DNA of 64,000 nt from Leucoraja erinacea (GCF_028641065.1 NC_073413.1:5518001-5582000); one strand, 5' to 3'. Shown: positions 23,272-36,779, numbered from the stretch's first letter. The notes: generated from the sequence alone by a model not told the origin. Program-made: numbers and translations.

Positions 23272-24289
23272 CTTTAAAGTAAAGAGGAGTCTAAACTTTA
23301 GTTCCGTCTATTGCCACGTGTACCAAGGTGCAGTGAACTGCTCTTTCGTTGTGTGCTATCCAGTCAGAGAAAGGACTGTACATGATTACAACCAAGCTGT
23401 CCACAGTGTACAGTTACTGGGTAATGCAGGTGAATGTTCTCTGTAACCTTTTCCCTGCACAGGGCGGCACAATAGTGCAGCGGTAGAGTTGCTGCTTTAC
23501 AGCGCCAGAGACCCGGGTTCGATCCCGACTACGGGTGCTGTCTGTACGGAGTTTGTACTTTCTCCCCGTGACCTGTGTGAGTTTTCTCCGAGACCTCCGG
23601 TTTCCTCCCACACTACAAGGACGTGCAGGTGTGAAGGCTAACTGGCTTGGTATAATTGTAAATTGTTTCTAGTGTGTGAAGGATAGTATTAATGTGTGGG
23701 GGTCAATGGTCGGCGCAGGCTGTGTGGGCCGAAGGGCCTGTTCCCGCGCCGTAAAGTTTTCAAGCTGCTAATCTTATCGTAACAGAACACGCAATACAGA
23801 AATAGGCCCATCGGCCCATCATATATGCACTGACCATGATGTAAATCTTACTAATCCCATCTGCCTGCATAAGGTCATAAGAAATAGGAGTAGAATTAGA
23901 CCATTCGGCCCATCAAGTGTACTCTGCCATACAATCATGGCTGATCTATCTCTCCCTCTGACACTTGTACTAATCAAGAGTTGGATGGTCCTTATCCCTC
24001 TACTGGTTCAGCCTGTTCAGACATCTGTCCTCCTAACATTGATATCTTGTCTGCTTCTACCAACTAACCTGGCAGCGTATTCCAGGTACCAACCTCTCTC
24101 TGCGACAAATATTTGCCTTGCAAATCTTCTTTAAACTTTCTCTCTCTCAAGATTCAAGATTCAAGATAGTTTATTGTCATGTGTCCCAGATAGGACAATG
24201 AAATTCTTGCTTTGCTTCAGCACAACAGAACATTGTAGGCATAAATACAGAACAGATCAGTGTGTCCATATACCATTCAATATATATAT

Positions 24290-26001
24290 ATTCTGCTGAA
24301 AGCATGGGACACCGCTTTCAGGTCAGGCGATGCTCGAGCCTACAGTTCATCCAGGGCTAACCTGAAGAGGGGCATCAGGAAGGCCAAGCACTGCCATAAG
24401 CTCAGGATTGAGGAGCACTTCAACAACAACTCCGACCCCCGACGCATGTGGCAAGGCATCCAGGCCATCACGGACTACAGACCCTCCAACATCACCCCCA
24501 CATCCAGCGACGCCTCCTTCTGGCCCTGACGCATCCCCGGGCGCGTGCTCAGGGCCTGTGCTGCGCAGCTGACAGACGTCTGGACTGACATCTTCAACCT
24601 GTCACTTGCCCAAGCAGTTGTCCCCACTTGCCTTAAAGCCACCTCCATCGTGCCAGTGCCAAAACACTACACTGCGGCAAGCCTCAACGACTTCCGCCCA
24701 GTTGCACTTACCCCCATCATCACCAAGTGCTTCGAGAGGCTGGTCCTGGCACACCTCAAAAGCTGCCTACCCCCCACACTGGATCCCTATCAGTTTGCCT
24801 ACCGCAAGAACAGGAGTACGGAGGATGCCATCTCAACGGCACTTCACTGCACCCTCTCCCACCTCGACAACAGAGACACTTATGTAAGAATGCTGTTCAT
24901 CGATTACAGCTCAGCATTCAACACCATTATTCCATCAAAACTGATCACCAAACTCGGTAACCTGGGCATCGACCCCTCCCTCTGCAACTGGATACTGGAC
25001 TTTCTAACCAACAGACCCCAGTCTGTGAGGTTAGACAAGCACACCTCTTCAACCCTCACCCTGAACACCGGCGTTCCTCAGGGCTGTGTGCTGAGCCCCC
25101 TCCTCTACTCCCTCTTCACCTATGACTGCACACCTGTACATGGTACTAACACCATCATCAAGTATGCAGATGATACAACGGTGATTGGCCTCATCAGCAA
25201 CAACGATGAGCTGGCCTACAGGGAGGAGGTCCAGCACTTAGCAGCATGGTGCGCTGACAACAACCTGGCCCTTAACTCCAAGAAGACCAAGGAGCTCATT
25301 GTAGACTTCAGGAAGTCCAGAGGCGGCACGCACACCCCCATCCACATTAACGGGACGGAGGTGGAACGTGTTTCTAGCTTCAGGTTCCTGGGAGTCAACA
25401 TCTCCGATGACCTCTCTTGGACCCACAATACCTCTACTCTGATCAAGAAGGCTCATCAGCGTCTCTTCTTCCTGAGGAGACTGAAGAGGTCCATCTGTCT
25501 CCTCAGATCCGGGTGAACTTCTACCGCTGCACCATCGAGAGCATCCTTACCAACTGCATCACAGTATGGTATGGCAACTGCTCTGTCTCCGACCAGAAGG
25601 CATTGCAGAGGCTGGTGAAAATTGCCCAACGCATCACCGGTTCCACGCTCCCCTCCATTGAGTCTGTCCAAAGCAAGCGCTGTCTGCGGAGGGCGCTCAG
25701 CATCGCCAAGGACTGCTCTCACCCCAACCATGGACTGTTTACCCTCCTACCATCCGGGAGGCGCTACAGGTCTCTCCGTTGCCGAACCAGCAGGTCGAGG
25801 AACAGCTTCTTTCCGGTGGCTGTCACTCTACTCAACAACGTACCTCGGTGACTGCCAATCACCTCCCCCCCTCCGGACACTTATTTATTATTTTTTATTC
25901 AAATCGTTTGCTATGTCGCTCTTCCAGGGAGATGCTAAATGCATTTCGTTGTCTCTGTACTGTACACTGACAATGACAATTAAATTGAATCTGAATCTGA
26001 A
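24290..26001 (+). mobile_element. 5'-truncated Rex1/Babar-type non-LTR retrotransposon in a parvalbumin intron (antisense to the gene)
   Basis: RT ORF 24545-25516 ([53 protein letters not shown]) with a frameshift near 25490 into the 25417-25851 frame, and a (tgaatc)n tail. Confidence 0.88.
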
Positions 26002-26077
26002 TATTCACTTTAAACTCAAACTCAAGCTCCAGAGATAACGCCCGCGGAGGTTTAGAGAGCAATGAGGAGTTGCTTAC

Positions 26078-26210
26078 TTGAGCTCACTCTTCTCAATGAA
26101 GCCACTCCCGTCCTCGTCGATAATGCCGAAAATTTTCCCCATCTCTTCCGAAGATTTCTTGGCGAGACCAGAGGTCTGGGAAAATTTCTTGAGGTGGAAG
26201 GACCCTGGAG
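26078..26210 (-). CDS. Parvalbumin coding exon 2 (133 nt; CD site [12 protein letters not shown])
   Basis: ttccag|CTCCAGGG...CTCAA|gtaagc. Translates [45 protein letters not shown], with the canonical 133-nt size. Confidence 0.93.
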
Positions 26211-27079
26211 CTGGAACAGGGAAGAGTTGTCAGCGGAAGAAATATTGGCCAAATGTGGGCGAGGGGAGGGGGGCTCGGAGTTTAGTAATGGTGGCGCAGA
26301 GCTTAGTGCTCCAAGGATGCACCGTGGAACAGAACGAAGAAGTGGTGGTGGGGAGCTGGGAAGCCGCCGCGCTTGGCCCTGAAGATCAAGGGAGGGAGTC
26401 GCTGGTGATGACAGAGTTTAGGTAAGGGACAGAAGTTTAGGGGTAATATGAGGGGGGACGTCTTTACTCAGAGAGTGGTAGCTGTGTGGAATGAGCTCCC
26501 AGTGGAAGTGGTGGAGGCAGGTTCGATTTTATCATTTAAAAATCAATTGGATAGGTATATGGACGGGAAAGGAATGGAAGGTTATGGTCTGAGTGCAGGT
26601 AGATGGGACTAGGTGAGAATAAGTGTTCGGCACGGACTAGAAGGGCCGAGATGCCCTGTTTCCGTGCTGTAATTGTTATATGGTTATATATATGACGGAC
26701 GCGAGGATTGGGCCGGGTGCCAACCAGCGATCACCCGCACATTAACACTATCCTACACACACACACACACACACACTAGGGACAATTTGCATTTGCTGCA
26801 CAACAAGCCAATTAACTGACATTCCCACACGCGGTCACGGGAAGAACGTACAAACTCCGTACGGACAGCGCCCGAGGTCAGGATCGAACCCGGGTATCTG
26901 GCGCAACGAGGCAGCAACTCTACCGCTGCGCCGCCACCGTGCGGATAAGGGGACTTGTGGAAGCAATGCCTAACGAGGATCAGTGACTTGGGGTTACGCA
27001 CAGATGGCACCAGGACTCCGTGAAACCAAGGGCAGGAACGAGAGCGGAGGAGGGAGGATTGTGTGGAGAGTGAGATTAC

Positions 27080-27140
27080 CGTTGCACTCGGCGAGGGCAG
27101 CAGCCACATCTCCTGCGACGAGGAAGTCCGTGATCTTCAT
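27080..27140 (-). CDS. Parvalbumin coding exon 1 (61 nt): MKITDFLVAGDVAAALAECN
   Basis: Acceptor ttttcaacag| at 27148, 7 nt of UTR, ATG at 27140 and donor G|gtaatc. It has the canonical 61 coding nt. Confidence 0.92.
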
Positions 27141-28845
27141 CGTAAACCTGTTGAAAAGCAGTGATCAGGCTCAGTGTGTCTGGAATGAACTCCGCAACAT
27201 TTAATTTATTTAATATATATATATCATTTACAAAACATAGAAAATAGGCCATTCGGCCCTTCGATCAATGTGATCATGGCTGATCATCCAGAATCAGCCC
27301 GTTCCTGCTTTCTCCCCATGTCCTTTGATTCCGTTAGCCCTAAGAGCTAAATCTAACTCTCTCTTGAAAACAAAGGTGGCAGGATAGCACAGCATGGGGT
27401 CAGGTCCTTTAGCCCACAATATCCTGCCGAGCATGATGCCAAGTTCAACTAACCTCCACTGCCCACACCTGATCCATATCCCTCCATTCGTAAGTTCATA
27501 AGTGATAGGAGCAGAATTAGACCATTCGGCCCGTCAAGTCTACTCCGCCATTCAATCATGGCTGATCTATCTCTCCCTCCTAACCCCATTCTCCTGCCTT
27601 CTCCCCATACTAATCAAGAATCTATCTCTGCCTTAAAAATATCCGTTGACTTGGCCTCCATAGCCTTCTGCAGATCCACAGGTTCACCACCCTCTGACTA
27701 AAGAAATTCCTCCTCGTCTCCTTCCTAAAGGAATGTCCTTTAATTTTGAGGCTGTGCCTCTGGTCCTAGACTCTCCCACCATTGGAAACATCTTCTCCAC
27801 ATCGACTATATCCAAGCCTTTCACTATTCGGTAAGTTTCAATGAGACCCCTCCTCATTCCCAGCATATCCATTGAATACATTTCTCTAAACTCCTGACAA
27901 TCCCTCAGAGGGTGGGTGTATGGAACGAGCTGCCAGAGGAGGTTATAGAGGCAGATACTAGAACAGCATATAAACGGTTGGACATGGATTGGAAAGGTTT
28001 AGAGGCATTTGGGTCAAACGTGGGCAAGAGGGACTAGCGTAGATGGGGCATGTCGAGATGTGCCAAAGGGCCTGATACCAGACACTGTGTGACTCAATGA
28101 CTCGAATCAGTTACTGACTCCCACATCAAGATCTCTCCGCTACTCCCCAACGAACATCCCCTGGTTCATTGAAAATCAGACGCTGGGTAATCTTGAAACA
28201 AGATCTGAAAATGCTGAGAAATACTCAGCAGGTCGGGCAGCATCCATGGAAAGAGAAAGGGCTAAGCTTTTGGATCGACGACCGGTTTAACTCTCCCTCT
28301 CTGATGTTTTCCCCGTCAGAGTTCACCATTTGTAAAAAAAAAAAACCTCTCTCGCCTGTAAGGATGACGGTGGAAACTTTGAGCGACCTTGTCTTTCTTT
28401 GAAAAATCAGCAAATGAACCTGAAGACAAAGTAAATCTTCAAACATACAAGTGTTTAAGAAGGAACTGCAGATGCTGGAACAGTTGAAGGTAGACAAAAA
28501 TGCTGGAGAAACTCAGGGGGTGAGGCAGTATCTGTGGAGCGAAGGAAATAGGTACTCCATTCAGGTCGAGACCCTTCTTCAGACTTAGACTGACCCTTCT
28601 TCATTCTTCGAATGGAACACCCATTCCTTTGCTCCATAGATGCTGCCTCACCCGCTGCGTTCCTCCAGCATTTTTGTCTACCTTCAAACAAACAATGTGT
28701 TTTTCCCCCACACAAAACTCACACTGCCTTCCATTGTTAATAACCCCACAGTAATCCCGTTCGTTCATTCAGACCATCAACAGCAAACAGCGAAATGGTA
28801 CATTTTTCAGCCGGTGAAACAAAAAGCAGTTTGAATAGTACTCAC

Positions 28846-28924
28846 TCTCCCGCTAGAACTGTGTGACTGAGGTTAGTTGGCCGGGACTTGTGTCTCCTCT
28901 GTTCACTCCGTTGCCTTTTATATC
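28846..28924 (-). promoter_or_regulatory. Parvalbumin TATA box and non-coding exon 1
   Basis: ccttttatat reads ATATAAAAGG on the minus strand (~28914-28923), and donor GAG|GTGAGT-like AGA|GTGAGTAC is at 28845-28838. Parvalbumin genes have a non-coding first exon. Confidence 0.7.
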
Positions 28925-29147
28925 TCGAAGGGGCTGCCACTGTTTTTAATGGCAATTATAAGCAGGAGGAGTCCAGAACCATGTCAACAATTGAGACCGA
29001 GATTAGACCACTCTGTTTACACTGAAGACAAAGCTGAACGGGATTGAGTTTTGAGGGAACTTGAATGGGAGGGAGTTCCCTGCTTCCACCGACAGCTTTA
29101 TGGATTATACTACCAAGCAGGAGATAGGCACAGAAAAGCTGGAGTGA

Positions 29148-29393
29148 AGGGCCTGTCCCACTTACGTGACCTTTACAGGCGACTGCCGGCACCCGTGATA
29201 GGGCGTGAGAGGTCCCCTATGGTTGTGAGAGGTCCCCTATGGTTGTGAGAGGTCTCCTATGGTCGTGAAAGGTCTCCAAAGATTCGTACCGTATTTCTGG
29301 TCGCCGCTGAATTTTCAACATGCTGAAAATTTCGGCGACCTATCAAAGGTGTCGGCAGTTGTCTGTAAAGGTCGCGTAAGTGGGACAGGCCCT
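29148..29393. mobile_element. Harbinger-like MITE with an internal 20-bp tandem repeat
   Basis: TIRs AGGGCCTGTCCCACTTAC / GTAAGTGGGACAGGCCCT with TGA/TAA flanks, and (gtgagaggtcccctatggtt)x3 inside. Partial relatives are at ~29622, ~49594 and ~58019. Confidence 0.7.
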
Positions 29394-29947
29394 TAACTCA
29401 GCGGGAGAGGCAGCATCAAGAAATGGGTGGCGTTTCGGGTCGAGACCCTTCTTCAGACATCCCTTCTCTCCAGAGATGCTGCCCGTCCCACTGAGTTACT
29501 CCAGCTTTTTGTGTTCGTACCTACGGTTTAAACCAGCATTTGCAGTTCCTTCCCACACATTTTGTCAACTACCCGGCAGGAAGTCGTTTGCGCGGGACCG
29601 TAACCCACCACAAGCGAGCTTAAGGGCCTGTCCCACTTACGCAACCTTTTCAGGCGATTTCCGGCACACCTGATAGGTCGCCAAAATTTTCAACATCGAT
29701 GGTCAGTGTGGACTCGGTACTTTAAGTGACTGCACGTGTATATTCAGGGATATGGATCGTGTGCAGAGGGATGAGGTTAGTATATGTATCATGTTCGGCA
29801 CAGAAATTATGGGTCGAAGGACTTGTTACTGCGCTGTAGTGTTCTATGTTTTATGTTCATAAAGCCTGTAACAAAAATAGATATGTCGTTATCAGGCAAA
29901 TGAACCGTCCTCTCACCAACTAGAGAGCGGTCCTGACCTCCCATCTA

Positions 29948-30544
29948 CAGTGCATTCAGAAAGTATACAAACCCCTTCACTTTTTCCACATTTTGTTACC
30001 TTACAGCCTAATTTTAAAATGGATTATATTCATTTTTGTTATCATCAATCTACACACAATACCTCAGAATGAAGAAGCGAAAACAGGTTTAGATATTTTT
30101 GTAAAAGAAGATTTTTGTAAAAATAACTGAAATATCATATTTACATAAAAATTCGGACCCTTTGCTATGACACTCAAAATTTAATTTAGGCTCATCCTGT
30201 TTCCATTGATTATCCTTGAGATGTTTCCACAACTTGATTGGAGTCCACCAGTGATAAATTAAATTAATTGGACATGATTTGGAAAGGCACACACCTGTCT
30301 ATATAAGGTCCCACAGTTGACAGTGCATGTCAGAGCAAAAACCAAGCCATGAAGACGAGGACATTGTTCGAAGATCTCCGAGACAGGATTGTGTCGAAAC
30401 GCAGATCTGGGGAAGGGTATAAAACAATTTCTGCAGCATTGCAGGTCCCGAAGAGCACAGTGGCCTCCGTCATTCTTAAATGGAAGAACTTTGGAACCAC
30501 CAGGACTCTTCATAGAGCTGGCCGCCCGGCCAAACTGAGCAATC
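29948..30544 (+). mobile_element. Tc1/mariner left end and transposase N-terminus (truncated)
   Basis: TA|CAGTGCATTCAGAAAGTAT TIR start. The ORF at 30349 reads LRDRIVS..RSGEGYKTISAALQVPKSTVASVILKWKNFGTTRTL.RAGRPAKLS (paired-like HTH plus GRP linker). Confidence 0.88.
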
Positions 30545-31074
30545 TGCCCTTCGGCCCAACTTGCCGACAACGCCCAAAATGTCTCAGGTACGCTAGTCAC
30601 ACTTGCCCACATTTGGTCCATATCCCTCCAAACCTATCCTTCCCTGTTTAACTGTTTCTTAAATATTGTGATAGTCCCAGCCTCGACTACCTCCGCTGGC
30701 ACTTGTTCCATACACCCACCACCCTTGGTGTGAAAAGATTTAATAGGAATCCCGCGGATTCCTATTAAATCTTTTCCCCTTTACCTTAAACCCATGTCGT
30801 CTGGTCCTCGATTCCCCTACTCTGGGCAACAGACTCTGCCCGATCTATTCCTCTCGTGATTTCATATACTGTTTTTATTACAGTGGGATCCATCCTTCAG
30901 TATATCCGGGACGAGAGGAAAGACCTGCATTACATGAAGGTTCCTCCTAGAAACATAGAAAAATAGGAGGCCATTCAGCCCTTCGAGCTTCCTGTTGTAC
31001 AATGACTGCCCAGTATTGCCCGGGAGAAGCGCAAGTGGTCACGGGGAGAACCTGGTAACTCGACGTGGACAGCA

Positions 31075-31730
31075 CAGGGTGGCGCAGTGGTAGAGTTGAT
31101 GTCCAAAAACGCCAGAGACCTGGGTTTGATCCTGACTACAGCTGTTGTCTGTACTGAGTTTGTATGTTCTCTCCGTGACCCGCGTGGGTTTTCTCTGGGT
31201 GCTCCGGTTTCCTCCCACACTCCAAAGACGCGCAGGTTTACAGGTTAATTGGCTTCTGCAAATTGCCCCGAGTGTGTAGGATAGTACCAGTGTACAGGGT
31301 GATAGTTGGTGGGCCGAAGGGCCTGTTTCCACGTTGTATCTCTAAAACTAGATACTAAGTATCACTGAGGTCAGGATCGAACATGGTTCCCTGTGTTCCG
31401 CTGTGCCTTATTGGGGACATTTTAGTTTGGTTTGGTTTAGAGATACAGCAATGAAACAGAGCCTTCGGCCCACCGAGTCCGCACCGACCAGCGATCCCCG
31501 CACACTAATACTATCCTACACACACTAGGGACAATTTACAATCTAACCCAAGCCTATTAACCTACAAACCTGCACGTCTTTGAAGTGTGGGAGGAAACCA
31601 GAGCACCCGGAGAAAACCCACGGGGTCACAGGGAGAACGTACAAACTCCATGCAGACAAGCACCCGTGGTCAGGATCGAACCCGGGTCCCTGGCACTGCA
31701 GGGCAGTAGGTCGACCTCTGCGCCACCGTG
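31075..31730. mobile_element. Two HE1-type SINEs in opposite orientation
   Basis: Plus-strand copy at ~31075-31350 and minus-strand copy at ~31430-31730. Many more copies occur, e.g. ~19325, 23462, 34150, 35666, 43390, 55088, 56989, 58295 and 60786. Confidence 0.75.
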
Positions 31731-33045
31731 CTGCCTGTTAGTGGGAAGGAAATGGATGGTGAGGGAGTTGGAGAGTTTGTCGGAGAGGGGAGACGGTTTA
31801 TCGCGTGATGAAGGTCACTGTGGTGAAGGGTAGGGTGACATTGCAGGTGCAGCTGCCTGGCTCACTGGCTGCGTGACTGGAGATGAATGAGTTATATGAC
31901 CACACAGGTGTGTCATTCGTATAATCACACCTGGTGGGATCCTGTTGTGTATCACCTGGGGCAAGGTCACTACAGGCGCCCCTCAGCAGACTGACTGGCC
32001 CATTGAGACTCGCACAGGCCACCCCCCATCGCAGCCATCTACAGGAGTCGCTGCATCTAAAATGGGCAGCCAGCCTATTGGGCAGTAGGCTATTCATCAT
32101 CAGAGACCATCTCCACCCTGGCCAAGCTCCCATTTCACTCCTGCTATCGGGAAGAAGGTGTACGAGCCTGAAAACTGTGACATCCAGCTTGAGGAACAGC
32201 TTCTACCCAACAACCTCTGTGAGCTACATAGACTTGGGGGCATTGTCTAGGCATTGCACTATTCCTGTTTGTTCACTTGTCTGTTTTTATTTTTAATTTA
32301 GGCTTAATTTGAGACTTAATCCCGATCACGGGCGCTGGCTGTACGGAGTTTGTACATTCTTCCCCGTGACCTGCGAGGGTTTTCTCCGGGAGCTGCGGTT
32401 TCCTCCCACACTCCAAAGAAGTGCAGGTTTGTAGGTTAATTGGCTTCTGTAAAAAATTGTAAATTGGCCCCTAGTGTGTGTAGGGCAGTGCCAGTGTGCG
32501 GGGATCGCTAGTTGCCGCGGACTCGGTGGTCCGAAGAGCATGTTTTATGTTTTATGTGTCTTTCCTAACTGTCAGTGTATGTCATGTTGCCACTTGCGGG
32601 CAGAGCACCAAAGCAAATTCCTTGTATGGGAATACTTGGCCAATAAACTTATTCATTCATTTCCGCGCTGTATCTCTAAACTCTAGACTAAGGGGGGTGG
32701 GGGGGGGGGGAAGAAAAAAGGGGTGAGCACTTTTTTTGTCGGTATGTTTGTGGCAACTCTTTTGTGTACATGGTACGCAAAAACTAAGAATTTCACTGCA
32801 CCGAACTAGGTACAAGTGACAATATAACCTTGTAAACCTACGCTGCACTCCCTCAATAACAAGAATGTCCTTCCTTAAATTAGGGGACCAAAGCTGCACA
32901 CAATACTCCAGATGTGGTCTCACTTGGGCCCTGTACAACTGCAGAAGGACCTCTTAGCTGAGAGAATGGAGCGGCTGGGTTTGTACACTCTGGAGTTTAG
33001 AAGGATGAGAGGGAATCTCATTGAAACATATCAGATTGTTAAGGG

Positions 33046-33278
33046 TACACAAAAATGCTGGAGAATCTCAGCGGGTGCAGCAGCATCTATGGAGCGAAGG
33101 AAATAGGTAACGTTTCGGGCCGAAACCCTTCTTCACACTGACCATCAGTATGAAGAATGGTTTTGGCCCGAAACGTTACCTATTTCCTTCGCTCCATAGA
33201 TGCTGCTGCACCCGCTGAGATTCTCCAGCATTTTTGTGTACCTTCGATTTTCCAGCATCTGCAGTTCCTTCTTGAACA
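33046..33278. mobile_element. Inverted pair of Penelope-derived tails with TSD
   Basis: Long near-perfect inverted repeat centred at ~33142, with TSD agattgttaaggg at 33033-33045 and 33279-33291. Confidence 0.8.
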
Positions 33279-36200
33279 AGATTGTTAAGGGATTGGACAT
33301 GCTAGACCCATCATCATTTTCACAGTCCCAACAGCAGCAGGGGATAAAGACTTAATGCAGCCATCGCCTTGATCAACTTCGTCCAGAGATCTATCATCCT
33401 CTCCTCACCACCCTAGGTCCTTCACTATTATAAAATTAAGTTATTCGATTATTAACGATAATCATATTTTACAATACCAACACTCCCACCACCAAATATG
33501 AAAAAATACCAATTATCCTTAAACTAAATATTAAATAGCTTTATTATAATCTTGGGCTAGGATGCATTCCAACCCAACCCCCCCCCCCCCCCCCCCCCTC
33601 CAGCGGCGGTGCCCAGTGGTCCGGGAAATCCCCCCAGGGCAGAGCGGTCATAGTCCATCTCCAGTACCACCCGGGAGCAGTCATAACCCCAGGGGAGGGG
33701 CAGGCAGCCGGCTCGGGCACCGTGACTCGCGGATGGCCAGCTTGGCAATTGATGCAATCTTTATGGCCACTGGAATGCAGAGCGGAGTCAGAGCTGAAGA
33801 GTGGGGGTGAGACAGACTGATACTGGGTTAGTCATCTCACAGAAACCAGGGGAGGGAGAGGGAGGCCCCCTGAGTGATGATGTAACTGGAGAGTATTTGT
33901 AGGAACAGAGATATCATTCACTACAGCATACGAGCACCGCCTATAATCACCCCGTACCCACTGTGGTCAGGTTCAGATCATGTGTGTGAGCTGTAGAACA
34001 CACAGATAAGGAAGGGGATGGAGGTAAGGAGAGCGCAAGGGAATCTCTAGTCAGTTACAGCAAGGTAAACCAAGGCGGGCCAAAGGTACTCCCAGAATAA
34101 ATCACAGAAAGAATGAAAGAATAAAGGATGGTGCAACGTGCTGCCAGAGGGCGGCACAGCGGTAGAGTTGCTGCCTCACAGCGCCATAGACCAGGAGTTA
34201 ATGCCGTCTACGGGTGCTGTCTGTACGGAGTTTGTACGTTATCCCCGTGATAACATGGGTTTTCTCCGGGAGCTCTGGTTTCCTCCCACACTCCAAAGAC
34301 GTACAGGTTTGAAGGTTAATTAGCCCGGTTAAACTGTAAATTATCCCCAGAGTGTGTAGGATAGTGCTAATGTACAGGGATTGCTGGTAGGCGCGCATTA
34401 GGTGGGCCGAAGGGCCTGTTTCTGCGCTGTATCTCTAAACCAAACCAAACTAAACTAAAGCTTCTTCACAACAACCATCAGGATCTTGAACACTACAAAC
34501 ACCAACTAAACTACAACCTTTGCACTCTCTTGATTGCACCAAGAGTCAGTTTTGCACAAATATTCGTTATTTATTGAATTTTACTTTGTTGATTGTGTTA
34601 CCTATGGGTAGCATTACGGCACGGAGTAATGAGATGGAATCAGTGAAGAAGGGTCTCAACCCGAAATGTCACCCATTCCTCCTCTCCAGAAAAGCTGCCT
34701 GTCCCACTGAGTTACTCCAGCATTTTGTGTCTGTCTTTGGTTTAAACCAGCGTCTGCAGTTCCTTCATACAGATATCTCTGCTGGCTAACAGATCATGAA
34801 TCTTCCAATATGTGCCCAAACTCTCAGGCAACGCTTGCATTATGTCCTGACCAAAGTTCTTCCTCCCCCCACCCCTCCCTCACAGCCGTTCCCCCGCTGC
34901 TCCACCGAGACCTGCTGCAGGCACCTTCTGTCAGGTGGGCACAGGCAATTTCCGAGTGCCTCCTAATCCCCCCCCCCCCCCCCTTCCAAATGAGGTCAAA
35001 TACATTTGGGCTCTAAGTCATCAGATCCAACCTTTTTCCAACTGGATAGACTTGGCTTGTACACGCTAGAATTTAGAAGATTGAGGGGTGATCTTATAGA
35101 AACTTACAAAATTCTTAAAGGGGTTGGACAGGCTAGATGCAGGAAGATTGTTCCCGATGTTGGGGAAGTCCAGAACTAGGGGTCACAATTTAAGGATAAG
35201 AGGGAAATCTTTTAGGACCGAGATGAGAAAATCATTTTTTACACAGAGAGTGGTGAATCTGTGGAATTCTCTGCCACAGAAGGTAGTTGAGGCCACAGTT
35301 CATTGGCTATATTTAAGAGGGAGTTAGATGTGTCCCTTGTGGCTAAAAGGGATCATGGAGAGAAGGCAGGGAGAGAATGGCGGTGCAGGCAGGGATGGCC
35401 TACTCCTGCCGAGTCTGGTCTATGTTTCAGCCATCTGATCAAGGTACACAAAATTGCTGAAACTGGCGGGTGCAGCTGGGTCTCGAAGGGCCGAATGGCC
35501 GCCTATTTCCTCGCACCATAGATGTGCTGCACCCGCTGAGTTTGTCTATTTTTTCCAGCCATCTGGAACAGCATGCAGTTATTCTGAACAGATTCACCAG
35601 CAGTGGGCACCACAAGGGACAATGGAGCTGATTATAGTCGGCGTTAGACACGAGTCTCGGATTACAGGTGGTGCAGCGGTAGAGTTGCTGCCTCACAGCG
35701 GCAGAGGCCCGGGTTCGATCCCGACTACGGGCGCTGTCTGTACGGTGTTTGTATCGCGTGGGTTTTCTCCGAGATCTTTGGTTTTCTCCCACATATCCGA
35801 TGACCTACAGGTTTGTAGGTTGGTATGAATGTAAAAAATATCCCTAGTGTGTGTAGAATAGTGTTAGTGTGCAGGGATGGCTGGTCGATGCGGACCCGGT
35901 GGGCTGAAGGGCCTGTTTCCACGCTGTATCTCTAAACTACACGCAAACTATGATCCAAGCTTATCCCAGTCACCTTGCACAGATGCTATTCCACCATTTA
36001 CCACCGGTGGGCACAAGGGAGCTGATTATGGGCAGTGGACACAAAATGCTGGAGTAACTCAGCGGGACAGGCAGCATCTCTGGATAGAAGCAATGGGTGA
36101 CGTTTCGGGGTCGAGACCCTTTCGTCAGACAGTCTGAAGAAGGGTCTCGACCTGAAAACCTATAAAAACATACATGCAAACTCCACACAGTCAGGATCGA

Positions 36201-36779
36201 ACCCGGGTCTGGCTCTGCACCACTGTGCCACAAATAATAATTCTCAGGTTTACTCCCAATGTCATGTGGTAAAAAAAAAGCACAGAAATAGGACAGGGCT
36301 GATGAAAGTGGAGAGGTTTGTAGATTTATAGTCAATAGACGATAGACAATAGGTGCAGGAGTAGGCCATTCGGCCCTTCAACCAGAACCGCCATTCAATG
36401 TGATCGTGGCTGATCATCCCCAATCAGTACCCCGTTCCTGCCTTCTCCCCATATCTCCTGACTCCGCTATCTTTGTCCTATCTAGCTCTCTCTTGAAGTC
36501 TCTAGCTCTCGTTGTCTCTGTACTGTACACTGACAATGACAATTAAAATTGAATCTGAATCTGAATCTGAAAGTATCCAGAGAACTGCCCTCTGAGGCAG
36601 AGAATTCCACAGACTCACCACTCTCTGTGTGAAAAAGTGTTTCCTCATCTCCGTTCTAAATGGCTTACTCCATATTCTTAAACTGTGGCCCCTGGTTCTG
36701 GACTCCCCCAACATTGGGAACATGTTTCCTGCCTCTAGCGTGTCCAAACCCTTAATAAGTTTATATGTTTCAATAAGAT

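Noticed and set aside
24545-25516. 323-aa ORF as a host gene
   Set aside because: It is a reverse transcriptase fragment of a truncated, frameshifted retrotransposon.
29205-29275. 20-bp repeats as a CRISPR-like array
   Set aside because: There are no spacers, the repeats lie inside a MITE, and the context is eukaryotic.
34150-34215. tRNA genes at SINE heads
   Set aside because: The A/B-box heads run straight into SINE bodies, so they are not stand-alone tRNAs.
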